Below are positions 29,068 through 39,770 of a DNA stretch of 64,000 nucleotides, piece after piece. A program made the translations under genes and the position numbers. The notes beneath the pieces were generated by a model. The model saw only the letters and a list, made by a program, of their open reading frames with translations, ran no database searches and had not been told where the DNA came from. Within the stretch, counting starts at the first letter, position 1; every line of letters starts with the position of its first letter. The stretch comes from an uncultured Methanoregulaceae archaeon (lineage in GTDB: Archaea; Halobacteriota; Methanomicrobia; Methanomicrobiales; Methanospirillaceae), in the NCBI GenBank assembly GCA_963717525.1, contig OY970343.1, positions 2,048,001-2,112,000 of the forward strand, in the 5' to 3' direction.

Positions 29068-29075
29068 CCCTTAGT
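29068..29075 (+). repeat. Right target-site duplication CCCTTAGT
   Basis: Identical to 22735-22742. Confidence 0.92.
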
Positions 29076-29098
29076 GGCTCTCAGGAAAAAGGAATGGA

Positions 29099-29704
29099 TT
29101 AATCGATACGGGAGATCTTGAAGAGCGAATAGACCGGCACGCCATCAATATCCTTTATGCCGCGCTTGTCGAAAATGACCCATATTGCTACCGGGACTGC
29201 CCCGTGTTTCTTGAGATACTTGACGACCTCCCTCATCGTGTTCCCCGAGGTGATCACGTCATCGACAATAATGCAGCGTTCCTTTGCGACAGGAGCAAAG
29301 TTTCCGCTGATCGACCCGACCGGGTGATCGCTCGTGTTCTGCTTCGAAGGATGGTAGATGGCAAGCTGTGCCGCCTCCTGGACAGAGATGATTGTTGCAA
29401 GGGGAATGCCGGAAAGAGCAATTCCCACGATAACGTCTGCTGAGGCTGATGCCGGGTCTTCCTGTGCACCGTAATACCGGTTTAAGAGCATCAGGGCAAT
29501 CCCGTCAAGCAGCGGCGCCTGGCTGCTCACGGCAGTCCAGTCGATATGGACATCCTTTGGCGCTGCCGCCCCGCCGTTTGCCTGGGTTAAAAGCCAGGTC
29601 ACCGTTTCCATGGAAAGGGAGAGCTCGTCTGCAATCTGGCCGGGGCTGTGGCCTTCGGATAAAAGGAGTTTTGCCCGGGCTATCAGATCATCAAGGGAAG
29701 ACAT
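29099..29704 (-). CDS. Orotate phosphoribosyltransferase-like protein with N-terminal HTH (GfcR/PyrE-like)
   Basis: [25 protein letters not shown] plus PRPP loop [11 protein letters not shown]. Confidence 0.88.
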   Translation of the reverse strand: MSSLDDLIARAKLLLSEGHSPGQIADELSLSMETVTWLLTQANGGAAAPKDVHIDWTAVSSQAPLLDGIALMLLNRYYGAQEDPASASADVIVGIALSGIPLATIISVQEAAQLAIYHPSKQNTSDHPVGSISGNFAPVAKERCIIVDDVITSGNTMREVVKYLKKHGAVPVAIWVIFDKRGIKDIDGVPVYSLFKISRID

Positions 29705-29724
29705 GAAAAAAGATTTGTGGTAAT

Positions 29725-30180
29725 CTATTTAAGTTTTCGTTTAATTATTGAGCCGCAGACCGGGCATTCCCCGTCGGTTTTGAAATAACGGCCGCAGCCG
29801 CTGCACCGGTATTTCCAGCGGATTTTTTTTGCCGGCCGCTGCTGGAGCGGCTGTACGGGAATTCCGAGGCCGGCCGCTACGTTCTGGATCGCAAAATCGT
29901 CCGTGAATATGGTCGCCCCGAGCTCCCCGGCAAGGGCGAGGATATCGCAGTCGGTACCCGATATCACGGCAAGATCTCCTGACCTCCCTGCAGCAGCATG
30001 GACCCGGTCAAGTCCTCCGGAGTCCGGCTGGCAGACCCGGAGCCCGGCCTCCACGAGAAGGTCGTACCGGCATTTGCTCGTAAGGTCTTTGAGCTCAGCG
30101 ACTACGGACGGCGTGGTGTAGCACTCCCCGGTCACCGGGTAATCCGAAAAAAAGACCGTGGCATCAAGGACGCATTTCAT
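29725..30180 (-). CDS. nob1: Nob1-family endonuclease
   Basis: PIN motifs VLDAT, SGTD and TDDFAIQN plus Zn ribbon CSGC...CPVCG. Confidence 0.88.
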   Translation of the reverse strand: MKCVLDATVFFSDYPVTGECYTTPSVVAELKDLTSKCRYDLLVEAGLRVCQPDSGGLDRVHAAAGRSGDLAVISGTDCDILALAGELGATIFTDDFAIQNVAAGLGIPVQPLQQRPAKKIRWKYRCSGCGRYFKTDGECPVCGSIIKRKLK

Positions 30181-30221
30181 GGTCGCTTCTCACCTGTACC
30201 TGGGGATAACCGGGTACCCGG

Positions 30222-31067
30222 TCAGCTCCTCAGGGCAGCCGCAATGCTTACTGCCGCCGAGAGCCGGCTGCATCCCCGCTCGATGGTATCGCTGCAGAAT
30301 ACGTCCCGGATCCCGCTCGCCTTCAGGTGGACGTATGCGCCTCCGATAAGCACGCCATGGACGCAGCCAGCGTAAACGTCGGTCGCACCCTGTTGGTACA
30401 GCATTTTTGCCGCCGTCGCTATGGTCCCTCCGGTCGAGATGATATCGTCAACGATAACCACCGGGCGCGAGGCAGCACAGAGCTTCTTTGGCGCCATCTT
30501 CACCTCGATACCCGAGAGCCGGGTCTTTTCGAGGTGATCGCAGTCCCATCCTCCCGCGGCTGCGACACCCTGTGCAAAGGCAAGGGCCCCGTCATCGGGA
30601 GCGAGAATCAGGGGATTGGACAGGCCCATGGTCCCGATGCAGGCGCCCATATCCCCCGCGAGCGAAATATTGGTGGCAGGCACCGGGAAATACTTCAGTA
30701 CTGACGGCTCGTGGATGTTGACCGTGATGCAATCCTCCACTCCATTTTTGAAGAGCCGGGCGATGGCGCGGGCGCTGATCGGCTCCCCGTCCCTGAACCG
30801 TTTGTCCTGTCGGGCGTACCCCATGTACGGGAGTACGAGGTGATTTTGTGATCCCTCGCAGGCATCGATCAGCAGGAGCAGCTGGACGAGCGCATCGCTT
30901 TCGGTGACGCTGCCGACAATAACGGTCTCATCGTCGAGCTCTCCGGCCTCAAGGTAGAGCTCGCCATCAGGAAACCGTGAGAATTTCACATCGACCATGG
31001 TCGTGTTCAACGCCGTGGCGATACGGGCCGCAAGAATCTGGGATTTTTCCGTGCTGATCACTTTCAT
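30222..31067 (-). CDS. prs: Ribose-phosphate pyrophosphokinase
   Basis: FPDGE, PYMGYARQD, APDDGA, VDDIISTGGT. Confidence 0.95.
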   Translation of the reverse strand: MKVISTEKSQILAARIATALNTTMVDVKFSRFPDGELYLEAGELDDETVIVGSVTESDALVQLLLLIDACEGSQNHLVLPYMGYARQDKRFRDGEPISARAIARLFKNGVEDCITVNIHEPSVLKYFPVPATNISLAGDMGACIGTMGLSNPLILAPDDGALAFAQGVAAAGGWDCDHLEKTRLSGIEVKMAPKKLCAASRPVVIVDDIISTGGTIATAAKMLYQQGATDVYAGCVHGVLIGGAYVHLKASGIRDVFCSDTIERGCSRLSAAVSIAAALRS

Positions 31068-31258
31068 GATAACGTACCTGTCCCCCGGGATGCTGGGGAG
31101 TACCTTTCCCTGCCATACTATTACACCCTGCCGGTAGTATTATTTTTGCATGGCTTTTCGGAGGCAAAACAGGGATTTTTGCACACTGCTGAAAGTACTT
31201 AAACTATCATGCGTCAAATTATATGCACACTGAAGGGTGGAAAGAGGTAAAATTTCCA

Positions 31259-33250
31259 ATGGAAAATTCAAAACCAGAAGAACCGGTGCATGAAAATGAA
31301 GTTCCTCCGGCCCCGCAGCCGGATCTTGCAGCAGCTGCCGTGCCGGCCGAGCCCGCGCCGGGAGCCACGGTTCAGGCTGCACCTGCTCTAGAAGGGGCAA
31401 CCTCCCAGATTGAGGTCCCGGCAAAGCTGATCGACCAGGTGATCGGCCAGGAGCGTGCGGTCGAAGTGATCCGGAAGGCAGCTATCCAGCGACGGCATGT
31501 CATGATGATCGGAAGCCCGGGAACCGGCAAGTCGATGCTTGCAAAAGCGATGGCCGAGCTCCTGCCAAAAGAGGAGCTCCAGGACATCATGGTCTACCCG
31601 AACTCCGATGATTCCAACAACCCCATCATACGGACGGTCGCCGCGGGACGGGGCAAGCAGATTGTGGCTGCCCACAAGATCGAGGCCAAGAAAAAGATCC
31701 AGTTCAGGAACACCCTTCTCCTGATCCTCATCATCGGCATCATCGGTTATGCGTTCATTACCTACCAATGGCTCATGGGGATCATCGCGGCTGCGTTCGT
31801 CTTCATGGCGCTCCGGTACATGATGCCCCGCGAAGAGACGATGGTGCCCAAGCTGCTTGTCTCAAACGATGTGAAGAGCAATGCGCCGTTCATTGACGGT
31901 ACCGGTACCCATGCCGGCGCCCTTCTGGGAGATGTCAGGCACGACCCGTTCCAGAGTGGCGGCCTTGAGACGCCGGCGCATGACCGGGTAGAGGCCGGGG
32001 CTATCCACCGATCGAACGGCGGGGTGCTCTTTATCGATGAGATCAATACGCTTGACCCCCACTCCCAGCAGAACCTGCTGACCGCCCTCCAGGAAGGGGA
32101 ATTCCCCATAACCGGCCAGAGCGAGCGGTCCAGCGGCGCGATGGTCAGGACCGAGCCGGTTCCCTGCCGGTTCGTGATGGTCGCGGCAGGAAACCTCGAT
32201 GCGATCCAGGGCATGCACCCGGCGCTGCGTTCCCGTATCCGCGGCTACGGGTACGAGGTCTACATGGCCGAGAGCATGGAAGACACGCCCGAGAACCAGC
32301 AGAAGTATATCCGGTTCATTGCGCAGGAGGTCAAAAACGACGGGAAGATCCCGCATTTTGACAAGAGCGCCATCGATGAGATCATCCGCGAGGCCCGCCG
32401 GCGCTCAAACCGCAAGGGGCACCTGACCTTAAAACTCCGTGATATAGGCGGCCTTATCCGGGTTGCCGGAGATATCGCCCGGCAGGAAGGGGCAACACTG
32501 ACAACGGCGGCCCACGTCATCACGGCAAAGAAGACGGCGCGATCGATCGAGGACCAGGTCTCCGACGAGGTCACTCGACACCTCCGCGAGTACGAGATGA
32601 CCGTGGTCGAGGGGACCCGGATCGGCCGGGTGAATGGCCTTGCCGTCACCGGCAGCGACGCCGGATCGGTCCTGCCGATCATGGCGGAAGTGACCCCGGC
32701 CATAGGAAAAGAAGGCGGGGAAGTGATTGCGACGGGCCTGCTCAAGGAGATCGCACAGGAGTCCATCAAGAACGTCAGTGCCATCCTGAAGAAGTTCACC
32801 GGCAAGGATGTAAAGAACATCGACATCCACATCCAGTTCATCGGCACGTACATGGGTGTCGAAGGCGACTCCGCGTCCGTCAGCGTTGCGACCGCCGTGA
32901 TCAGCGCCATCGAGGGGATCCCCGTCCGGCAGGACCTTGCCATGACCGGCTCCCTTTCAGTCCGCGGGGATGTGCTCCCGGTCGGCGGGGTAACCTATAA
33001 GATTGAAGCGGCAGTCAAAGCAGGGATCAAGACCGTGCTCATCCCCCGGATGAACATCAACGATGTCCTGATCGAGGAACAGTACAAATCCATGGTGACG
33101 ATCATCCCGGTCGATACTATCGACGAGGTGCTCAAGCACGCGCTTGTCCCCGAGAACATGGAAGGTTTCCTCTCCAAACTCAAGAAGATGGCGATCCGGT
33201 CGACCTCGGTGTTTGCTGATGCCCCGGCCATAAACACTACGACGGCATGA
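31259..33250 (+). CDS. lonB: Archaeal membrane ATP-dependent protease LonB
   Basis: GSPGTGKS, two TM helices inside the AAA domain, EGDSAS catalytic Ser, GGVTYK catalytic Lys. Confidence 0.95.
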   Translation: MENSKPEEPVHENEVPPAPQPDLAAAAVPAEPAPGATVQAAPALEGATSQIEVPAKLIDQVIGQERAVEVIRKAAIQRRHVMMIGSPGTGKSMLAKAMAELLPKEELQDIMVYPNSDDSNNPIIRTVAAGRGKQIVAAHKIEAKKKIQFRNTLLLILIIGIIGYAFITYQWLMGIIAAAFVFMALRYMMPREETMVPKLLVSNDVKSNAPFIDGTGTHAGALLGDVRHDPFQSGGLETPAHDRVEAGAIHRSNGGVLFIDEINTLDPHSQQNLLTALQEGEFPITGQSERSSGAMVRTEPVPCRFVMVAAGNLDAIQGMHPALRSRIRGYGYEVYMAESMEDTPENQQKYIRFIAQEVKNDGKIPHFDKSAIDEIIREARRRSNRKGHLTLKLRDIGGLIRVAGDIARQEGATLTTAAHVITAKKTARSIEDQVSDEVTRHLREYEMTVVEGTRIGRVNGLAVTGSDAGSVLPIMAEVTPAIGKEGGEVIATGLLKEIAQESIKNVSAILKKFTGKDVKNIDIHIQFIGTYMGVEGDSASVSVATAVISAIEGIPVRQDLAMTGSLSVRGDVLPVGGVTYKIEAAVKAGIKTVLIPRMNINDVLIEEQYKSMVTIIPVDTIDEVLKHALVPENMEGFLSKLKKMAIRSTSVFADAPAINTTTA

Positions 33251-34587
33251 TCGAACCTTCCGGTATCCGGTACTATGACCTGCGCCAGGTCAGCGGCCAG
33301 TCCACCCATATCGATGTCGATAAGGGTGTTATAGAATCCGCCGGTACCATTTTTTTCAACAAGGCAGTGATCCGGGTTCTCGGGCCCCGCGGATGGGGGA
33401 TCCTCGAGTTCGATAATTACTCCCATGAGCCCGGGAAAAAATTCGACGAACTGCTTGTGTCGGCCCAAAAACTTGCGCTCGTTGCTGACGATACGGTCAA
33501 TCTTGGCGACGGATCCCGGATAGTACGCCTGGTCCCCCCGGTAAAGGAGGACTGCCGCGACGTCGGGATAGAAGAGAAAGCAGAGCTGCTCCTAGCGATT
33601 GAAAAAGCTGCAGACCTGCCGCTGGTGACCAGCCGGCGGGCAAATTATAGCGAGCGGATTGAGAAGGTCAGGTTCATGGACAGCTCCGGCAATGAATACT
33701 GCTACGAGATCTGCCGGACGGGATTTTCCGTGATGGCTGTTGCATCCCGGAACGGGACGGTCCAGATGGGATACGAACCGGATCACACCATCCACGGGTT
33801 CAACCTCCGGCACCGGGAGGAGATGGGCAGGAAAGCGGCGGCAACAGCCGTCGCCCTGCTGGATGCCGGTGCGGCAAAGGGAGGGAAGATGCATGCCATC
33901 CTTGACCCGGAACTGGCCGGCGTATTCGCCCACGAAGCCGTGGGCCATGCGAGTGAAGGCGACCTTATCGAGGAGGGAAATTCCATCCTCAAAGGCAGGA
34001 CCGGCGAGAAGATCGGCGACGAACGCCTCACGATCGTAGACGACCCGTCCCTTCACGAGTTCGGTTTCGAGCCGGTTGATGCCGAGGGGATCGCGACCGG
34101 CCGGACCGAGATCATCCGGGCCGGGAAGGTCAACGCCTTCCTCCACAACCGGCAGACGCTTGCCGCGATCGGAAACGGCGTTGCCGGCCATGCCCGGGCC
34201 ATGCCCGGGGAACCTCCGCTCGTGCGGATGAGCAACACCTTCATCGAGACCGGCGATGCGACAGAGGATGAGATCCTCTCGGAATGTAAAGACGGGATCT
34301 ATCTTGCCGGTTCGCGGGGCGGGCAGGTTGACCCGGGCCGGGGGGTCTTCCAGTTCAATGCGGAGTACGGCTACCTGATAGAAAACGGGGAGCGGACACG
34401 GATGGTCCGGGACGTTTCGCTCTCGGGCGAGATCCTCAAGACGCTCCACGGGATTGCCCTGTGCGGTAAAAAGCGGGTTATGCATTCGGGGTACTGCGGA
34501 AAGGGTGGGCAGAGCGTACCGGTGAGCGACGGGGCGCCGCTGGTGCTCCTGTGTGATGCGGTGGTGGGTGGCAGTGGCGTGGATTGA
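33247..34587 (+). CDS. tldD: TldD metalloprotease
   Basis: [25 protein letters not shown]. Confidence 0.9.
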   Translation: MIEPSGIRYYDLRQVSGQSTHIDVDKGVIESAGTIFFNKAVIRVLGPRGWGILEFDNYSHEPGKKFDELLVSAQKLALVADDTVNLGDGSRIVRLVPPVKEDCRDVGIEEKAELLLAIEKAADLPLVTSRRANYSERIEKVRFMDSSGNEYCYEICRTGFSVMAVASRNGTVQMGYEPDHTIHGFNLRHREEMGRKAAATAVALLDAGAAKGGKMHAILDPELAGVFAHEAVGHASEGDLIEEGNSILKGRTGEKIGDERLTIVDDPSLHEFGFEPVDAEGIATGRTEIIRAGKVNAFLHNRQTLAAIGNGVAGHARAMPGEPPLVRMSNTFIETGDATEDEILSECKDGIYLAGSRGGQVDPGRGVFQFNAEYGYLIENGERTRMVRDVSLSGEILKTLHGIALCGKKRVMHSGYCGKGGQSVPVSDGAPLVLLCDAVVGGSGVD

Positions 34588-35863
34588 AGAGCTCTTTACA
34601 GTGGGCGAGCAGCGGGTTGACGAACTCGAGGTGTACGGTTTTTCCGGGACCTCAATCTCTGCTGACCTGAAACAGCGTCGCGTGAGCCTCTGCTCGTCAT
34701 CTGTCGAGACCGGCCTGTGCATCCGCACTATCGACAAAGGAAAGATCGGCTCATCAAGCACCAACGACCCGCAGCAGTGGCAGGCCTGCCTGGATGCTGC
34801 CATCGCCGGCGGCCGGCTTGCCACGCCACAGGAATGGAAAGGTTTACCGGATCCGGTCGCACTCCCGACGACCGATTTTGCCTGGGATCCGGACCTTGTT
34901 GTCGAGCCGACAACGGCACAGGAACTGCTTGTCGGGATGCTCGAAGGAGCCCTGGAGTACCCGGATGCCACGGTCACTTCCGGCGGGGCGGGAGTCGCGG
35001 TCGGCGAGATTACGTTTGCAAACAGCCACGGCGTCCGGTACACGTCCCGGCAATCGGACGTCTCGATCTCGCTCGAGGCGATCAGCGGCCAGTCCACAGG
35101 ATACGAATTCGATCACGCCTTTTCGCGGTCTCAGGTGAACCCGCAGCGTGTCGGTGAGCAGGCTGCGTGTCTGGCATCACGATCGGCAGGCGGGAAGGAT
35201 ATCCCCTCCGGGGAGTACGATGTTGTCCTTTCCCCCATGGCATATGCCGACCTGCTCTCTGGGATCTTTGTCCCGGCTCTCTCCGGGAGGAATGTGCTGC
35301 AGGGTCGTTCGAAGCTGGCCACTAAGATCGGGGAAACCATCACTGCTCCGCTCCTCTCATTCTTCGACGATCCACACCGGGTGGGCGCCACCGGGAGCAC
35401 GTGGTTTGATGCCGAGGGAACACCAACCCGCCGGCTCGATTTTGTCAGGGACGGCGTCCTTACCGGCTTTGCCTACGATCTCAAGACCGCGTACCGGGCC
35501 GGGCTGCAGTCCACCGGGAGTGCGATCCGGGGCGGGTTTGCCGGGCTCCCCGCGATCGGCCACCACAATTTTGTGGTGGACGGAAAGCGGGATGTGGTAT
35601 TCGATGAGCCGGCAATCTATGTCCACAGTGTTGTGGGGGCTCACACGGCAAACCCCCTGAGCGGGGACTTCTCGGTTGAGATGTCCAACCCGTTTTGGGT
35701 GAGAGATGGCGAACTTGCGGAACCGGTCCGGGGAGCGATGCTCACGGGCAATTTCTTCGATCTCCAACGGCAGGTTGCAGCCCTCGGCAAAGAGAGCCGC
35801 GCTGTTGGATCTTACATCCTGCCCCCGGTAAAAATTAATAACGTACGGGTCATTGGTAAGTAA
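34574..35863 (+). CDS. pmbA: PmbA/TldE family protein
   Basis: FDAEG, STGSA, GAHTANPLSGDFS. No HExxH. Overlaps tldD. Confidence 0.88.
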   Translation: MAWIEELFTVGEQRVDELEVYGFSGTSISADLKQRRVSLCSSSVETGLCIRTIDKGKIGSSSTNDPQQWQACLDAAIAGGRLATPQEWKGLPDPVALPTTDFAWDPDLVVEPTTAQELLVGMLEGALEYPDATVTSGGAGVAVGEITFANSHGVRYTSRQSDVSISLEAISGQSTGYEFDHAFSRSQVNPQRVGEQAACLASRSAGGKDIPSGEYDVVLSPMAYADLLSGIFVPALSGRNVLQGRSKLATKIGETITAPLLSFFDDPHRVGATGSTWFDAEGTPTRRLDFVRDGVLTGFAYDLKTAYRAGLQSTGSAIRGGFAGLPAIGHHNFVVDGKRDVVFDEPAIYVHSVVGAHTANPLSGDFSVEMSNPFWVRDGELAEPVRGAMLTGNFFDLQRQVAALGKESRAVGSYILPPVKINNVRVIGK

Positions 35864-35865
35864 CT

Positions 35866-36129
35866 ATGAGTGATATTATTCTTGCCGTCATTCTCATCGT
35901 TGCAATCCTCGCCATCGCGTATTACCTGATAAAAAAAATGGCGGTGCTGGTCGTCAATGCAGTCCTCGGCCTCATCCTGTTGTTTATCTTAAATTTTCTC
36001 CAGGTAATGCAGTGGGTGGGCCGGCCCGATATCGGGTACAGCCTCGCAACGCTCATCATCTGCGGTGTCGGAGGGCTTCCGGGCGTACTCGTCCTTGTCC
36101 TGCTCAATATTTTCGGCATCACGGTCTGA
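35866..36129 (+). CDS. BofA-like small membrane protein
   Basis: NAVLGLILL...GGLPGV, three hydrophobic segments. Confidence 0.75.
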   Translation: MSDIILAVILIVAILAIAYYLIKKMAVLVVNAVLGLILLFILNFLQVMQWVGRPDIGYSLATLIICGVGGLPGVLVLVLLNIFGITV

Positions 36130-36318
36130 TGAAAAAGTACGGATCGTGAAAATGTTTTTGGAAAAATGCTTTTGGGGACGAATGTATCCTGCTGCACCGG
36201 TATCCCTTTAACCAGCGCCAGCCTTTTCTTGCTGCCTCCCTGAAAATACGCCCGTAAAACCGTCCGATTCAGTGTCCGGGAAATTTGGGCCTTTATATCC
36301 GTCCGTTTTTAAAAAAAA

Positions 36319-36565
36319 GCCTAAATTGAGCCCCATATAATGCCTTTTACAGCCCCGTATTCGCGTTCCGGCAGCCTCTTTTTCCGGATCGTCCAAATGG
36401 CAGTTTGACGTGAGATCGGCCAAAATAACCCCATTATGGGGTTCATTTTATTTCGTCCGATTGCCAAAATAAGGCTTATTTGGGGTTATTTTTAAACGGG
36501 GCCCGATACGGGCTCCGTTTAGGTATGAAGGAGGGGAATCGGAAGCCAGATTGGGGCCGGATTAG
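36319..36565. repeat. 247-bp non-coding dispersed repeat, copy B
   Basis: Same orientation and conserved blocks as 16644-16890. Lies between convergent genes. Confidence 0.85.
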
Positions 36566-36604
36566 GAGGAAGTCACTGTGAGATCCCGGAGATACAACAC
36601 GCAA

Positions 36605-37792
36605 TCAATGCATAATAACGAACATCCCAACAGCGATTCCAATTCCGGCAACGACTACCCAGAGAATTTCTGCACCCAGAAGAAGGGAGATGAATGCCCC
36701 TGCCGCAAGAATTCCCGGGAACCACGACCAGGGGACTGCAAGCGCCAGCTTGATGGTCACACTCAGGAGCAGCCCGACAAACGAGAACAGGATTCCCTGG
36801 AACATTCTCTGGTACATCTGCGAACTGCGCAGCCAGTCATAATACGGTACCGTACCGACCACAACCAGAAATGAAGGGATAAAAATCGCTATTGTTGCAA
36901 CGATTCCTCCCCAGAACCCGTAGGTAAGAAAACCGACAAACGTTGCGGTGATAACGATCGGGCCCGGGGTCACCTGGCCCAGGGCAAGCCCGTTGATGAA
37001 GGTTGCACTGTCGAGCCATGCATGCACCACGACAACCTCATTGAACATCAGCGGGAGCGAGGCAAAACCACCTCCGAACGCAAACAGATCAATCCTTGCC
37101 ATGGTAGCGGCGAGGGTGAAGAGATCGGGCTGGAGAAGGTAAAGTACCACGAAAAAGATTACAGCCACGGCAATCAGGATAAAAAAGGAATTTTCCGGAC
37201 GCGGAAACCTACCGGGAGGAGCATCCTGTTTTTTGTCAGGTGCCGGAAGAAGTGCGATCCCGAGCAGGGCCGCAAGAACAATGACCACGATAGGATTCAA
37301 TCCGGCGATGAAAAGCACTGCAGCGATCCCGGCAATAAGTACATGAATCCAGCGTTTGAGTGATGTCCGCCCGAATGAAACCGTCGCATACGCGACCAGC
37401 GCCACAACGATCGCCTGCAAAGCAAGGAATAACGCCTTCACCGGGGGAAGTTCTGAGGTTGAAACATAGAGTGCTGACAGTGCCATCATCAGGAAAAATG
37501 CAGGGAGGCCAAACCCTACAAATGCTGCGAGTGCGCCTGCGGTTCCACGGATACGTAGACCCGTATAAGCGGTGACCTGCATGGCCGTTGCGCCGGGGAT
37601 AGCCTGACAGAGTGCAACACCATCGTCAAAGACCGCATTATCGATCCAACCTTTTTGCCCGACCGCCATCTTCCGTATGTACGGGACCATGGCAGGGCCG
37701 CCGAATGCCGTGATTCCAAGCCGGAAAAACGCAAAAAAGATTGAAGCAAGAGATGGTTGCTGCAATCCGGACGGGGCAGGTTGTTCAGCCAT
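36605..37792 (-). CDS. chrA: Chromate efflux transporter (long-chain CHR)
   Basis: Tandem domains FGGP...QAIPG and FGGG...QVTPGP. Confidence 0.9.
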   Translation of the reverse strand: MAEQPAPSGLQQPSLASIFFAFFRLGITAFGGPAMVPYIRKMAVGQKGWIDNAVFDDGVALCQAIPGATAMQVTAYTGLRIRGTAGALAAFVGFGLPAFFLMMALSALYVSTSELPPVKALFLALQAIVVALVAYATVSFGRTSLKRWIHVLIAGIAAVLFIAGLNPIVVIVLAALLGIALLPAPDKKQDAPPGRFPRPENSFFILIAVAVIFFVVLYLLQPDLFTLAATMARIDLFAFGGGFASLPLMFNEVVVVHAWLDSATFINGLALGQVTPGPIVITATFVGFLTYGFWGGIVATIAIFIPSFLVVVGTVPYYDWLRSSQMYQRMFQGILFSFVGLLLSVTIKLALAVPWSWFPGILAAGAFISLLLGAEILWVVVAGIGIAVGMFVIMH

Positions 37793-38024
37793 ATGATAGG
37801 AGAATTATGATCGTGCATGAGATAATGATACTTGAAACGTTCTCCGATGACTGCGGTGGTTGGGGTTGTTACGGGGAGAGGTGTGCCTGATACCAATCGG
37901 GGCTCTATTGGACTCAGATTAGACCGGATCCTCCTTGGGGTGGATCCCTCCAATTCTGTTTTTCCATCAGCGCTCAGGGTCTATGCAGGTAATTGCCCGG
38001 ACAAAAAAGAGGATATATCAAAAA

Positions 38025-38723
38025 TCAGAAGACGTTTGCTTCCGAGTACACCGTCACCTGTGTCTGCTCGATCTCGTAGGGCTTGATCTCCCGGGAATGG
38101 GAAGACATCCGCATCTTCACCACTTCGAGCGCAAGGTGGACGTCCGTGAGATCGCTCGAACGGACATAGCGGAGCAGGATGACGGTGTCGGCGAGATACT
38201 CGATCAGGCCGTGCCGGCTGGAGAAGACGTTGTCGCTGTCCGTCTCGGACGTCATCATCATAGTGCACTCCTTGTCCCGCAGCCCCTCGATGAACCGGAA
38301 CATCTCGCGGCGCCGTTCCGCATCGCTTCCGAAGAGATCCTCAAAGAGCGAGATCGGGTCGATCACGACCCGGCTTGCCTTGATTTCGCTGATCAGGTTC
38401 GGTAGTTCATTTTTTATCCGGTTGTTTGCCAGGTTGAAATCTGTCGGATCAAGCTTGATGATATAGAGAGACTTGTTGAGGTAAGGCTCCACATCCCAGC
38501 CTTTCTGTTTCATGTACAGGATCAACCTGTCCTCGCGCTCCTCAAGGCTGATATAGATTGCCCGTTCACCGCGTTTGAGCCCGTCCCAGATAAAATCGAG
38601 GGAAAATGTCGTTTTCCCGGTACCGTACGTGCCGATGATGGCGCAGATGCTCCCGGCAAGCAGGCCGCCCCCGAGCATCTCGTCAAGCCCGGAGACCCCC
38701 ACTTTCACACGTTTCCCGTTCAT
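38025..38723 (-). CDS. KaiC-like single-domain RecA-superfamily ATPase
   Basis: GTYGTGKT, SLEE, VIDP, KMR.S.H. Confidence 0.9.
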   Translation of the reverse strand: MNGKRVKVGVSGLDEMLGGGLLAGSICAIIGTYGTGKTTFSLDFIWDGLKRGERAIYISLEEREDRLILYMKQKGWDVEPYLNKSLYIIKLDPTDFNLANNRIKNELPNLISEIKASRVVIDPISLFEDLFGSDAERRREMFRFIEGLRDKECTMMMTSETDSDNVFSSRHGLIEYLADTVILLRYVRSSDLTDVHLALEVVKMRMSSHSREIKPYEIEQTQVTVYSEANVF

Positions 38724-39547
38724 ATGACCATCCTGATATTGCTCACTTCAAATCCTCCGGTTGTGGATATCCTGACGGCAAACTTAACCAGATCCTGCTC
38801 CTCAAGGTGAGGCATGACCCCCCGGAACTTTTCAAAGAACATCACCCGCTGGCGTCGCGAGCCGGTGCTCTCCTCCCAACGGAACAAAAAGACTGCGTCA
38901 GCGATATCAGACAGTTCGATCTCATTGGCCACGTCGATTATCCCCCTGCTGAGCAGGAGGTAGATGGTAAAGTTTTTCGTCTTTGCGAGCCGCTGGAGGC
39001 CCCGGAGAAAGGCGGTCAGGTCTGCCCAGAGATTGGGGAGGGCAGTCTGGGTCGCAATATCGGTGATCGAATCGACGATGATCATACTGTCCGGCTCGGC
39101 TGCGGCAAAGATCTCCGCAAGCCTCATGAAAATATTTGCATGTTCGGAACGTTTCTGGAGCCGGGTCAGTGTATTGCTCCGGCTGTACCAGGAGTCAGGG
39201 ACGATACTGCGGTCAAAATAGAGATCCGAGAGGTCCTCGAAAGAGATACCCTCCTTCTCCGAGGTCACCCAGTCTGCGTGAAACGACTGGACGATCTCGT
39301 GGCGGACGTCGGCCTCCAGCCGGGTAAACGTGATGTACAGGATCTTCTTCGGGCGCAGGATGCCGGGATCAGGAGACCGTTTCATACCCGCGAGCGAGTT
39401 TACTATGGAGCTGTAGGCAAATTCGTAGTGTCCGGCCCCGAGTTCCCCGAGAAGGAGGGTCAGGGTTCCCGGCGGAACACCTCCATCAAGGATAGGATCG
39501 AGCGACGCGACCCCGGTGGGCATCCTGGTTTCCTGTGGTTCCGGCAT
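38720..39547 (-). CDS. RAD55/KaiC-like protein with degenerate Walker A
   Basis: PTGVASLD..LDGG.P, GELGAGHYEF, IVDS, KFRG. Coupled to the KaiC gene. Confidence 0.8.
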   Translation of the reverse strand: MPEPQETRMPTGVASLDPILDGGVPPGTLTLLLGELGAGHYEFAYSSIVNSLAGMKRSPDPGILRPKKILYITFTRLEADVRHEIVQSFHADWVTSEKEGISFEDLSDLYFDRSIVPDSWYSRSNTLTRLQKRSEHANIFMRLAEIFAAAEPDSMIIVDSITDIATQTALPNLWADLTAFLRGLQRLAKTKNFTIYLLLSRGIIDVANEIELSDIADAVFLFRWEESTGSRRQRVMFFEKFRGVMPHLEEQDLVKFAVRISTTGGFEVSNIRMVI

Positions 39548-39770
39548 CTGGTACTCCGTTTATCCAGTGGTCTGGCGTTTTTAGAAACTCTCATGGGCGC
39601 ACACATAAAGATATCTGTCATCCTGCGACGGATGTCCGAAACGCCGAAAAATGCCCCGGAATTCCCGTCCGCACGTCAGGTACTGCGTGCCGTACTCCGT
39701 AAAACACTATTTATATAAGTATCTGCCGAACTATAAACGGGAAACCAGAAGCAATTCCGAGGGCAGGCAG

